Notes: generated by a model from the sequence alone, not told the origin. DNA of 64,000 nucleotides from Bacteroidales bacterium (GCA_900766975.1 CAAFXO010000016.1:1020-65019), one strand, 5' to 3'. Shown: positions 53,450-62,126, numbered from the stretch's first letter. A program made the numbers and translations.

Positions 53450-54826
53450 TTAGCCGAGGGGCTCGAGTTGAACAGTGAAGTGGCGCATGAGTTCAGCTTC
53501 CCATGTGATCTTCACGCCGCGAGTGATCTCATGACGACGGTCGTAGACGTTCTTGAGAGCGGCAGCGATAACGTCCATGTGATTGTTGGTATAAGTACGA
53601 CGGCAGATGCAGAGTCTCAAGAAGTCGTTTCCACCGAAACGGTTCTCGCGAGTCACAGGATCTCTGTCGGCGAGGAGGTAACCGATCTCGCAGCCACGCA
53701 CACCGGCTTCAAGATAGAGCTCCATAGTGAGGCGCTGAGCGGGGAACTCCTCTTTGGGGATGCGGTCGAGCACCTTGTCAGCGTCGATGAAGAGGGCGTG
53801 ACCACCCACGGGGCGCTGGTAAGGGATGCCATACTCGTCGAGTTTCTTGGCGAGGTATTCTACCTGCTTGATACGAGTTTCGAGCATATCGAACTCAGTG
53901 TTCTCATCGAGGCCGACAGCGAGAGCAGCCATATCGCGGCCGTTCATACCGCCGTAGGTCAAGAAGCCTTCGAAAGGAATACAGAACTTCTTGGCACCCT
54001 CGTAGATATCTTCCCAGCGAGTAGCGATGAAACCACCCATGTTGACGAGACCATCCTTCTTGGAAGACATAGTCATAGCGTCAGCGAGGTCGAACATTTG
54101 ACGGCAGATTTCCTTGATTGTAGCATCCTTGAACTCGGGTTCGCGAGTCTTGATGAAATAAGCATTCTCAGCGAAGCGAGCAGAGTCGAAGATGACGCGC
54201 TTGCCATACTTGTCGGCCAATTTACGAACGCCGCGGAGGTTTTCCATAGAAACGGGTTGACCGCCGGCAGTGTTGTTGGTGATAGTCACGATGATGAAGG
54301 GGATCTTGTCAGCATCCTTTTGGAGGACAGCCTCGAGCTTGTTGAGGTCGACGTTACCCTTGAAGGGGACCTCGAGCTGAGTGTCGCGAGCCTCATCGAC
54401 GGTGCAGTCGACGGCGAAAGCCTTGCGGCTCTCGATGTGACCCTTGGTAGTGTCGAAGTGAGAGTTACCGGGCACGATGTCGCCGGCCTTCACGAGGTGA
54501 GAGAACAATACATTTTCAGCGGCACGACCCTGGTGAGTAGGGATTACATACTCAAAACCTGTGATGCGGCCGATGGTATCCTTGAGCTCATAGAAAGAGC
54601 GAGCGCCTGCGTAAGACTCGTCGCCGGTCATCATAGCAGCCCATTGACGGTCGGACATCGCACCTGTACCGGAGTCGGTGAGGCAGTCGATGTAGACAGC
54701 GTCAGATTTCAGCATAAATACGTTATAGTGAGCCTCCTTGAGCCATTGCTCGCGCTGCTCACGTGTACTCTTCTTGATGGGTTCAACCATCTTAATCTTC
54801 CAAGATTCTGCGAAAGGTAATTCCAT
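53450..54826 (-). CDS. tnaA: tryptophanase (tryptophan indole-lyase)
   Basis: 458 aa beta-eliminating lyase. FDTTKGH and DSARFAENAYFIK match TnaA rather than tyrosine phenol-lyase (FTTTRYH). The PLP-lysine region is MSSKKDGLV. Confidence 0.85.
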   Translation of the reverse strand: MELPFAESWKIKMVEPIKKSTREQREQWLKEAHYNVFMLKSDAVYIDCLTDSGTGAMSDRQWAAMMTGDESYAGARSFYELKDTIGRITGFEYVIPTHQGRAAENVLFSHLVKAGDIVPGNSHFDTTKGHIESRKAFAVDCTVDEARDTQLEVPFKGNVDLNKLEAVLQKDADKIPFIIVTITNNTAGGQPVSMENLRGVRKLADKYGKRVIFDSARFAENAYFIKTREPEFKDATIKEICRQMFDLADAMTMSSKKDGLVNMGGFIATRWEDIYEGAKKFCIPFEGFLTYGGMNGRDMAALAVGLDENTEFDMLETRIKQVEYLAKKLDEYGIPYQRPVGGHALFIDADKVLDRIPKEEFPAQRLTMELYLEAGVRGCEIGYLLADRDPVTRENRFGGNDFLRLCICRRTYTNNHMDVIAAALKNVYDRRHEITRGVKITWEAELMRHFTVQLEPLG

Positions 54827-54921
54827 GGTAATCTCTTTTTTGATGAAGTGTTGGATTATGGGTTATGTTTCTTAATTATCGTTTTTTGGCGGTGAAACAC
54901 TCCTTATCATGTTCCACCCTC

Positions 54922-54929
54922 CAAAATTA
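54922..54929 (-). promoter_or_regulatory. -7 box TAATTTTG (minus strand) for tnaA
   Basis: CAAAATTA on the plus strand, about 96 nt upstream of the ATG at 54826. Confidence 0.45.
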
Positions 54930-55040
54930 GCAATAAGGTTTGTAATATGCAAATAATATAGAAAATATTTAGATAATTTTTTCCGTAAATAGTTTTAATA
55001 TTTTGTAAATAGTGAGTTTATATTGCTGATATTCGGCATG

Positions 55041-56273
55041 TTATTTGATGCGAGAGCGTGCGAAAGTGGCTGTAATGGCAGCAGTGATGAGTCCGATGAT
55101 GATTATGGGGGCGAGAGTAATCAGCACGTCGAGGGGATGGACAGCGACGGGGTATGCTGAGACGATAGCCATAGAAGGGTCACCGGCGAGGGTTATAATG
55201 CCGAACTCCTGCTGGATGATGCAGAGGGTGACGCCGAGGATGATACCGGAGAGTCCACCGGCGAGGGCGACATATATACTCTCCCAGGCGAAGATGCTGC
55301 CAATCTGCCGGCGGGAGAGGCCGAGGGCGGAGAATGTGGCGATGCCTCTCTCCTTCTCGATAACGAGCATCGAGAGGGAGGAGATGATGTTAAATCCGGC
55401 GATGGCGAGGATAAAACCGAGCAAAAGGAAAGATACCCACTTCTCGATCTTGACCATGCGGAAATTCATCTCCTGCTGGCGGGCACGATCTTTGACGACA
55501 AAATCGGGGCCCAATGCCGAGGCGATCTTCTGCGCCACTTGCTCTTCGACGAGTCCCGGGCGGCATTTTATCTCGACAGCCGAGGCTTGGTCTTGATACT
55601 GCAAGAGACGTCGAGCCTTCTCGATGGGGAGGATCACGCCATCCTCGTCATACTGCTGCTGATCGGTGTGATAGATGCCGGTGACGTGTAGCGAATCGGT
55701 GAGGAAAGAAGAGGCGGGATTGGCGAGGTTGACGCGGCCGCGACGTCTTGGGGCGAAGATGAGTAGATACCGGTCGGGGGAGACGGCGAGGCGGGCAGCG
55801 ACGCCGATTGAGACGATAGCATTGTCGGGAGCGGGAGTCGGCTGATCGATATAAGTACCGAAATCGGGGTCGAAGAGCCGGCGCACGGCAGTGACGCGGG
55901 CATACTCATCGGCGATGACACCCTTGATCTTGACCGGCATCTCCTGACCATTGCAGATGATCAGGGCATTGTCGGAGAGAGTAGGAGTGGCGACCTCCAC
56001 CTCCGGGATTTTGCGGATTCGGTCGGTCAGCTCCGAGGCATGGTCGAAAGTTTTCCCTTCGGCGGGAGTCACCATGACATCGGGAGAGAGGGAGTCGAGT
56101 TTCGAGGCTATGACCTGCTGAAAACCGTTGAACACAGACAAGACACAGATGATAGCCGCCGTGGCGACAGCCATAGCGATGATCGACACGGTGGTGATGG
56201 TGGTCACGGCGCCATGCGACTTTTTCGATCTCAGATAGCGCCAAGCGATCTTGGCGGCAAGCATCCGCTTCAT
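55041..56273 (-). CDS. LolC/LolE-like FtsX-family ABC transporter permease
   Basis: 410 aa. MKRMLAAKIAWRYLRSKKSHG, a MacB-like periplasmic core, and a C-terminal FtsX 3-TM module. Confidence 0.8.
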   Translation of the reverse strand: MKRMLAAKIAWRYLRSKKSHGAVTTITTVSIIAMAVATAAIICVLSVFNGFQQVIASKLDSLSPDVMVTPAEGKTFDHASELTDRIRKIPEVEVATPTLSDNALIICNGQEMPVKIKGVIADEYARVTAVRRLFDPDFGTYIDQPTPAPDNAIVSIGVAARLAVSPDRYLLIFAPRRRGRVNLANPASSFLTDSLHVTGIYHTDQQQYDEDGVILPIEKARRLLQYQDQASAVEIKCRPGLVEEQVAQKIASALGPDFVVKDRARQQEMNFRMVKIEKWVSFLLLGFILAIAGFNIISSLSMLVIEKERGIATFSALGLSRRQIGSIFAWESIYVALAGGLSGIILGVTLCIIQQEFGIITLAGDPSMAIVSAYPVAVHPLDVLITLAPIIIIGLITAAITATFARSRIK

Positions 56274-56320
56274 ACTCTGCGTCTACGTTGGGTTAATTCG
56301 GATAGATCGGTTTAGCTTGA

Positions 56321-56704
56321 TCAATCATCGAAAGCATCTTCGGAGAGGGGCTCGTCATGCAGATGGGGGTCAGCGGCGAGGATTCGGTCGATATTCTCGA
56401 CATAGTCGAGGGAATCATCGATGAAGAAGCTGAGGTCGGGACACTTGCGAAGAGTTGTCTTGACAGCTTGAGCGAGCTCATAGCGGCAGGTGCGAGATTG
56501 GCTTTTGATATTGTTGAGGATTTCCTCTGCTCTTTCGGAGGGGAATATGCTGAGATATACACGCGCGATGCTGAGATCGGGGGATACACGCACGGTGCTC
56601 ACCGACACGAGCACACCGCCCATGCGGGCTGTTTGGCGGCGAAACATTTCGCTCAATTCCTTTTGAAGTAGTCTTGCTATTTTGGCTTGGCGTTTACCTT
56701 CCAT
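56321..56704 (-). CDS. rbfA: ribosome-binding factor A
   Basis: 127 aa from MEGKRQAKIARLLQKELSEMF. VSVSTVRVSPDLSIARVYLS. Start trimmed from 56782. Confidence 0.9.
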   Translation of the reverse strand: MEGKRQAKIARLLQKELSEMFRRQTARMGGVLVSVSTVRVSPDLSIARVYLSIFPSERAEEILNNIKSQSRTCRYELAQAVKTTLRKCPDLSFFIDDSLDYVENIDRILAADPHLHDEPLSEDAFDD

Positions 56705-56867
56705 ATAGATATTCTTAAGAAAAGTTGTTGTAATGAATGATTTAGAGAGTTTGCCGAATAGAGATATCCGGATAATCTCCAATGTCTCGGTAAGTCTCTT
56801 AATATAATAACGAATAGGAGAGGGTTTTAGTTTAGAGAGGGCGTTAAAGTGGCACTAAGAGCGCACT

Positions 56868-57515
56868 CTAAAGTGGTTTCTTACGGATCAGGGTAAGTCC
56901 GTCACGGAGAGGGATGATCACCTTATCGACATCGGGGTCGGCAGCCACCAAGTCGTTGAAGCGGCAGATAGCGGCAGTCTGAGGGTCGGAGAGGTGGTCT
57001 GGTTCGACGACGTGTCCATCCCAGAGGGTATTATCTGCGATAAGATAGCCGCCGGGGGTGAGGAGTCGTTTGCAGTGGATATAATATTCGGGATAGCGTC
57101 GTTTATCGGCGTCGAGGAATATCATATCGTATGATGTATCTGCTCGGTCGGCGATCCATATCATAGCGTCGGCGATATGGAGTGATATTCTTCCACCGTA
57201 GGGGGAATCGGCGAAGGCCTCGCGGATGAAGTCTTCGAGTTCGTCGTCGAATTCGATTGTGTCGAGATGGGCATCAGGCTCGAGACCTTCGGCGATGCAG
57301 AGTGCGGAATAGCCGGAGAAGGTGCCGAGTTCGAGCACTCGCTTGGGGCGGATCATGGCGGTAAGCATCTTTAGGAGCCGTCCCTGGAGGTGGCCTGAGC
57401 ACATTCGACCATTTATCAGGTGGATATTGGTGGCACGCTCGAGGCGGTGGAGGTTATCGGGATGTGGGTCGATATGCCTTTCGATGTAGTTGAATATGTC
57501 TTGGTTCATTGCCAC
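56868..57515 (-). CDS. class I SAM-dependent O-methyltransferase (family 3, caffeoyl-CoA OMT-like)
   Basis: 215 aa. VLELGTFSGYSALCIAEGL and IFLDADKRRYPEYY. Confidence 0.75.
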   Translation of the reverse strand: MAMNQDIFNYIERHIDPHPDNLHRLERATNIHLINGRMCSGHLQGRLLKMLTAMIRPKRVLELGTFSGYSALCIAEGLEPDAHLDTIEFDDELEDFIREAFADSPYGGRISLHIADAMIWIADRADTSYDMIFLDADKRRYPEYYIHCKRLLTPGGYLIADNTLWDGHVVEPDHLSDPQTAAICRFNDLVAADPDVDKVIIPLRDGLTLIRKKPL

Positions 57516-57521
57516 GAATGC

Positions 57522-57965
57522 TCACTTGTGGTTTGAGAGGGATAGTCGGGTGAGGTAGAGGAGAGCCAAGAGGTAACCATCGCGGCCGCAACCGGATATG
57601 ATAGACTTGGCGGCACGAGCGGTGACGGATGTATGGCGGAACTCTTCGCGGGCGAAGATATTAGAGATATGCACTTCTACCACGGGGGTGGGGACAGCCT
57701 CTATGGCGTCAGCGATAGCGAGGGAATAGTGGGCGTAGGCACCGGGGTTGATGACGATGCCGAGGCAATCGGAGTCGAATCCGTAGGCATGTATCATATT
57801 GATGATCTCCCCTTCGCTGTTAGACTGCGAGTATTTGATTTGATAATCAGGAAGGTCGGCACGCAAATCGGAGAGAGTCTCTTCGAAGGTAGAAGAGCCG
57901 TAGATCTCGGGCTGACGCTTGCCCAGAAGATCGAGGTTTGGGCCATTGATAATAGCGAAATACAT
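57522..57965 (-). CDS. aroQ: type II 3-dehydroquinate dehydratase
   Basis: 147 aa. INGPNLDLLGKRQPEIYG, SNSEGEII, NPGAYAHYS, EVHISNI. Confidence 0.93.
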   Translation of the reverse strand: MYFAIINGPNLDLLGKRQPEIYGSSTFEETLSDLRADLPDYQIKYSQSNSEGEIINMIHAYGFDSDCLGIVINPGAYAHYSLAIADAIEAVPTPVVEVHISNIFAREEFRHTSVTARAAKSIISGCGRDGYLLALLYLTRLSLSNHK

Positions 57966-58012
57966 AAGCGAAGCGCGAAATGTTGGTTAGACGTGATAGG
58001 AGTTAGGGAGGA

Positions 58013-58020
58013 GGGGGGGG
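58013..58020. repeat. G8 (C8 on the coding strand) homopolymer 48 bp upstream of aroQ
   Basis: GAGGAGGGGGGGGTA read directly. It lies between the tRNA-Asp terminator and the aroQ ATG at 57965. Confidence 0.95.
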
Positions 58021-58044
58021 TATCGAAAGGGATAGATACGAAAA

Positions 58045-58082
58045 AAGATCAGCAGGAAACCGAAGTTTACGCTGCTGATCTT
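58045..58082 (-). terminator. intrinsic terminator of tRNA-Asp
   Basis: 11-bp stem AAGATCAGCAG / CTGCTGATCTT, followed on the minus strand by TTTTTT. Confidence 0.8.
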
Positions 58083-58094
58083 CCTCTCTCCTCG

Positions 58095-58168
58095 GCGGTG
58101 CGGACGGGACTCGAACCCGCGACCCCATGCGTGACAGGCATGTATTCTAACCAGCTGAACTACCGCAC
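58095..58168 (-). tRNA. tRNA-Asp (anticodon GUC)
   Basis: Minus-strand sequence GGTGCGGTAGTTCAGCTGGTTAGAATACATGCCTGTCACGCATGGGGTCGCGGGTTCGAGTCCCGTCCGCACCG folds by hand into a 74-nt cloverleaf: 7-bp acceptor stem, anticodon loop CTGTCAC, T-loop TTCGAGT. CCA is not encoded. Confidence 0.95.
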
Positions 58169-58220
58169 CAATTGAAGGTCTTTAGTCATTTGCTCTCGGT
58201 ATCATTCCCGATTGCGAGTG

Positions 58221-58228
58221 CAAAGTTA
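58221..58228 (-). promoter_or_regulatory. -7 box TAACTTTG (minus strand) for tRNA-Asp
   Basis: CAAAGTTA on the plus strand, about 53 nt upstream of the tRNA 5' end. Confidence 0.5.
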
Positions 58229-58581
58229 TAGCAAAAAATCGAAACCACCAAATTTTTTACCAAAATATTTTCAAAAAAATTTTACCATTCAGCCCTAAAA
58301 CATCGTCAAAGTCCTAATTCTCAAACAAATAAAAATTTGATATTTTTTTGAAAAAATTTAAGCCGGTTTACCACTATCAGCCCCAACCATCGAAAAACGC
58401 TCCAAAAAAATAGAGCGTGCTCGATGGGCGCACCGTCATCATCGCCGCATAAGCATAAAATAAAAAGTTAGTAAAAAGTTGTCGCTCGCAAAAAATATAA
58501 CAGGCAAATATCGATGGAGATTTTGAGCGGGCAATTTTTGAGAAATTGGCGGGTGGTTTTCGGCAATTCGGGAATTTGCAT

Positions 58582-58589
58582 TATCTTTG
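58582..58589 (+). promoter_or_regulatory. -7 box TATCTTTG for mtaB
   Basis: Exact TAnnTTTG, 154 nt before the TTG start at 58743. Confidence 0.45.
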
Positions 58590-58742
58590 CAGTGTGGAAG
58601 TGATCTTTTTGTTTGGGTCGCGTCTTTTTTATTAGAACGGACTCGTTCTTTTTAAAGAGATATATACTCTCATTATAGATATATACTCACATTATATATG
58701 AGTGTGTTCATTTGGTGAATGACATTATTAAATTAAGCGGAA

Positions 58743-60020
58743 TTGAAAGCAGCGTATTATACTCTTGGGTGTAAGCTCAATTTTTCGGAGACATCCACCA
58801 TCGGCAAGATGCTTGCCTCACGGGGCATTACCCGCGCCGAGGAGGGTGAAGATCCCGATATCATCGTGATCAACACATGTTCGGTGACGGAGATGGCCGA
58901 CAAGAAGGGGCGTCAGCTCGTGCGGAAGCTCTCGCGGCAATCGCCCGAGGCAACCATCGTTGTGACCGGATGCTATGCCCAACTGAAACCGGACGAAGTG
59001 GCAAGTCTGCCGGGGGTCGACATCGTGTTGGGGTCGAACGAGAAATTGCGCATCGTCCAATACTTGGATCGATGGATGAAGACCCGCTGCAGCCAAGTTG
59101 AGGTGACGCCCTCGTTGGAGATCCGTGAATTTATGTCCTCCTGCGAGCGAGGCGACCGCACTCGTTACTTTCTGAAAGTGCAAGATGGATGCGACTACTA
59201 CTGCACCTACTGCACGATACCCTACGCGCGAGGGCGCTCGCGCAGCGGCAAAATCAGCGAGATCGTCAAACTGGCGGAAGATGTAGCCGCCGAGGGTGGC
59301 AAAGAGATAGTGATCACCGGCGTGAACATCGGCGACTTCGGCCGCGACACCGGCGAGAAGTTTTTCGACCTTCTTAAGGCCTTGGACCGCGTCGAAGGTA
59401 TCGAGCGCTACCGCATCTCCTCGATTGAGCCCAACCTCATCACCCCCGAGATCATCGAATGGATCGCCGGCGAGTCGAAGCGCTTCATGCCCCACTTCCA
59501 TATCCCCCTGCAATCAGGATCCGACCGCGTGCTCCGACTGATGAACCGGCGATATGACACCGCACTCTTCAGCGACCGCATCGCCCGAATACGCCAAGTC
59601 ATCCCCGATGCCTTCATCGGCGTCGACATCATAGCGGGAGCCCGCGGTGAGACTCCCGAAGAGTGGGAGAAGAGCCGCGAATATGCCCGTAGCCTCGAAG
59701 TCAATCAACTACATGTCTTCCCCTACTCCGAGCGTCCCGGCACCAAGGCACTCCTCCTTGGCGACAAAGTGAGCCAAGAAGAGAAACATCATCGCGCCGC
59801 CGAACTGATAGAGATATCCAAAGAGAAACATGCCCAATTCCTCCGCCGACACGTCGGCACGAAAGGGCGTGTGCTCTGGGAGCAACCCACCCACGGAGCC
59901 GGCAAAATGCATGGCTTTACCGAGAACTATATCCGAGTCGAAGCCGACTATGACCCGGCGTTGGTAAATAAAGTCACCGAAGTAGTGCTGAGCGACGACA
60001 ACATTTCAGCCGAACAATAA
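58743..60020 (+). CDS. mtaB: radical-SAM tRNA methylthiotransferase (MtaB-like, MiaB family)
   Basis: 425 aa. N-terminal UPF0004 cysteines (YTLGCKLN, NTCSV, GC), radical-SAM CDYYCTYC, and a TRAM-like C-terminus. The only possible start upstream of the conserved YTLGC is TTG 58743, because an in-frame TAA sits at 58734. Confidence 0.85.
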   Translation: MKAAYYTLGCKLNFSETSTIGKMLASRGITRAEEGEDPDIIVINTCSVTEMADKKGRQLVRKLSRQSPEATIVVTGCYAQLKPDEVASLPGVDIVLGSNEKLRIVQYLDRWMKTRCSQVEVTPSLEIREFMSSCERGDRTRYFLKVQDGCDYYCTYCTIPYARGRSRSGKISEIVKLAEDVAAEGGKEIVITGVNIGDFGRDTGEKFFDLLKALDRVEGIERYRISSIEPNLITPEIIEWIAGESKRFMPHFHIPLQSGSDRVLRLMNRRYDTALFSDRIARIRQVIPDAFIGVDIIAGARGETPEEWEKSREYARSLEVNQLHVFPYSERPGTKALLLGDKVSQEEKHHRAAELIEISKEKHAQFLRRHVGTKGRVLWEQPTHGAGKMHGFTENYIRVEADYDPALVNKVTEVVLSDDNISAEQ

Positions 60021-60042
60021 AAGAAAAGAAAGAGGCAACCGC

Positions 60043-61053
60043 ATGAAAGAATTAGGAGTAATAATATTGAACTGGAACGGGATCGAGCTGCTCAAGCGCT
60101 TTATCCCGACAGCCTCGTGCCATACCATCAGCGACCGAGTCGACCTGATCGTAGCCGACAATGGGTCGGACGACGCATCAGTGGCATGGCTTCGGGAGCA
60201 GCATCCCGAAGTGAAAGTCATCGAACTGGGAGAGAACTATGGTTTTGCGGAGGGTTACAACCGAGTAATCTCACAAGTGGACTATCGCTACGTCACCCTC
60301 CTGAACTCCGACGTCGAAGTGCCCCCCGGGTGGTGGGTACCCCTCTTGGAATATATGGAAAATCATCCCGAAGTCGGAGCAATCCAGCCCAAGATTTTGA
60401 GCTACCGGGATAAGAGTCGGTTCGAATATGCCGGTGCGGCAGGGGGATATCTTGATTGCTTGGGCTATCCCTACTGTCGAGGGAGGCTCTTCGACGTAGT
60501 GGAGAAAGATGAGGGACAATATGATGGATCTCCGACGGATGTGGCATGGGCGTCGGGAGCATGCCTGACGATGCCGAGCGAGCTCTACAATCGTCTCGGA
60601 GGTCTCGACCCGAAATTTTTCGCCCACATGGAAGAGATCGACCTCTGTTGCCGAGTTCACAACGCCGGATATAGGGTATGTGCCCTGACCGACTCGGCGG
60701 TATATCATGTAGGGGGAGCATCCTTGCAGCAAGGGGATCCTCGCAAGACCTACCTCAACTTCCGCAACAACCTGCTCCTGCTGCATAAGAATCTGACCCG
60801 CAAGACAGGGCGAAAACTACTGTTCAGAAGAAGGCTTGCCGACACCCTCGCCATAGTGATGTATCTGATCAAAGGAGACATCGCCAACATGCGAGCCATC
60901 ATCCGCGCCCACCGCGACTTCCGCTGTATGCGTCGGGAATATAAAGAGACAGCCGACAAAGATGTGCTGCTCACCCTCCCCGGGGCAAATCGTAGCGCCA
61001 TATGGGCAAGATATGTATTGCGGAAAGAGAAAATTGAGGTGAATGGGAATTAG
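60043..61053 (+). CDS. glycosyltransferase family 2
   Basis: 336 aa. GVIILNWNGIELLKRFIP, VADNGSDDASV, NYGFAEGYN, EEIDLC. Confidence 0.8.
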   Translation: MKELGVIILNWNGIELLKRFIPTASCHTISDRVDLIVADNGSDDASVAWLREQHPEVKVIELGENYGFAEGYNRVISQVDYRYVTLLNSDVEVPPGWWVPLLEYMENHPEVGAIQPKILSYRDKSRFEYAGAAGGYLDCLGYPYCRGRLFDVVEKDEGQYDGSPTDVAWASGACLTMPSELYNRLGGLDPKFFAHMEEIDLCCRVHNAGYRVCALTDSAVYHVGGASLQQGDPRKTYLNFRNNLLLLHKNLTRKTGRKLLFRRRLADTLAIVMYLIKGDIANMRAIIRAHRDFRCMRREYKETADKDVLLTLPGANRSAIWARYVLRKEKIEVNGN

Positions 61054-61142
61054 GAATTAGGAGATAGGAAATAGGAATTAGGAATTAGAAATTAGGAATT
61101 AGGAGATAGGAATTAGGAGATAGGAGATAGGAAATAGGAATT
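61045..61142. repeat. tandem heptamer array, 14 x AGGARWT
   Basis: GGGAATT AGGAATT AGGAGAT AGGAAAT AGGAATT AGGAATT AGAAATT AGGAATT AGGAGAT AGGAATT AGGAGAT AGGAGAT AGGAAAT AGGAATT, with units starting every 7 bp from 61045. The TAG stop of the GT2 (61051-61053) is formed at the first unit junction. The array ends 29 bp before the surE ATG. Confidence 0.95.
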
Positions 61143-61171
61143 AACTTATAAATAGGAAGAAAACTACATAT

Positions 61172-61960
61172 ATGGGAAAACGACCTTTAATACTTGTGAG
61201 TAACGACGATTCATACCAGGCACTTGGCGTACATGTTCTGATCGAGCGACTTGTCGAGATCGGCGATGTGGTGGCAGTCTGCCCCCAATATCCACAATCG
61301 GGGCAATCGATGGCAATCACGGTGAACCAGCCCCTGCACATCAATCCTCTGCCAGACTACAAGGGGGCGAAGATGTATAGTGCGACAGGCACTCCTGTAG
61401 ACTGCATCAAATTGGCGATGTATCATGTCTTGGATCGACGTCCCGACATCGTGGTGGCGGGCATCAATCATGGATCGAACTCAGCGATCAACGTGCTCTA
61501 TAGCGGCACGATGGGAGCGACGATGGAGGGAACAGCCTTCGGAATTCCATCGATTGGTTTTTCGCTCACCGACCACTCACCGAATGCAGACTTCACACCC
61601 TGCTTGAAGGCCGTCGACCTGCTGACTCGCGCAGTGTTGGAAAAGGGTTTGCCGTCGGGTGTATGTCTGAATGTCAACGTGCCCAACATCGAGGGGGTAC
61701 CGGCAGAGATGAAGGTATGCGATCCCTGCAACGGGCGATGGAACGACGAATACAAAGAATATACCGACCCCTTCGGGCGGAAATTCTACTGGATCACCGG
61801 CAGATATGAGAACATGGAGCCGGAGAACACTGAGACCGACGAATGGGCGTTGGCACATGGCATCATCTCCGTAGTGCCGGTGGCAATCGAGCGCACCAAA
61901 CATGTCGACACCAAGATCGACTGGCTCGACGACGTCATCCGCCAGTATCGCGAAAGATAG
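61172..61960 (+). CDS. surE: 5'/3'-nucleotidase SurE
   Basis: 262 aa. LILVSNDDSYQALG and GINHGSNSAINVLYSGTMGATMEG. Confidence 0.93.
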   Translation: MGKRPLILVSNDDSYQALGVHVLIERLVEIGDVVAVCPQYPQSGQSMAITVNQPLHINPLPDYKGAKMYSATGTPVDCIKLAMYHVLDRRPDIVVAGINHGSNSAINVLYSGTMGATMEGTAFGIPSIGFSLTDHSPNADFTPCLKAVDLLTRAVLEKGLPSGVCLNVNVPNIEGVPAEMKVCDPCNGRWNDEYKEYTDPFGRKFYWITGRYENMEPENTETDEWALAHGIISVVPVAIERTKHVDTKIDWLDDVIRQYRER

Positions 61961-62126
61961 AGCGCGTTCTAAACTATCACCTAAAAAGGACAAGATAGCA
62001 AACCCAAAAGTACATTATCGTACAAAACAGGGGTAAAATAGAACAAAAAATCCGATTTTTAACACTTTAATAAAAAAGAAATGTTAAAAATGAGATAATT
62101 ATTTGGGAATAATGAAAAATATTGAG

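Noticed and set aside
53468-54820. 450-aa plus-strand ORF almost co-extensive with tnaA on the opposite strand
   Set aside because: The same shadow-ORF phenomenon. The minus-strand product aligns along its whole length with the tryptophanase sequences I know, whereas the plus-strand product is low-complexity (E/V/D/L/S/H). Similar antisense ORFs occur opposite the amylase (2108-2992), Wzc (21629-23188), carB, pyrF (34929-35654), pyrB (36596-37222), purB (47866-48984), guaB and others, and I rejected them all for the same reason.
57633-58175. 180-aa plus-strand ORF spanning the aroQ antisense strand and the tRNA-Asp gene
   Set aside because: It overlaps a well-folding tRNA and a strongly supported aroQ on the other strand, and its translation has no motifs.
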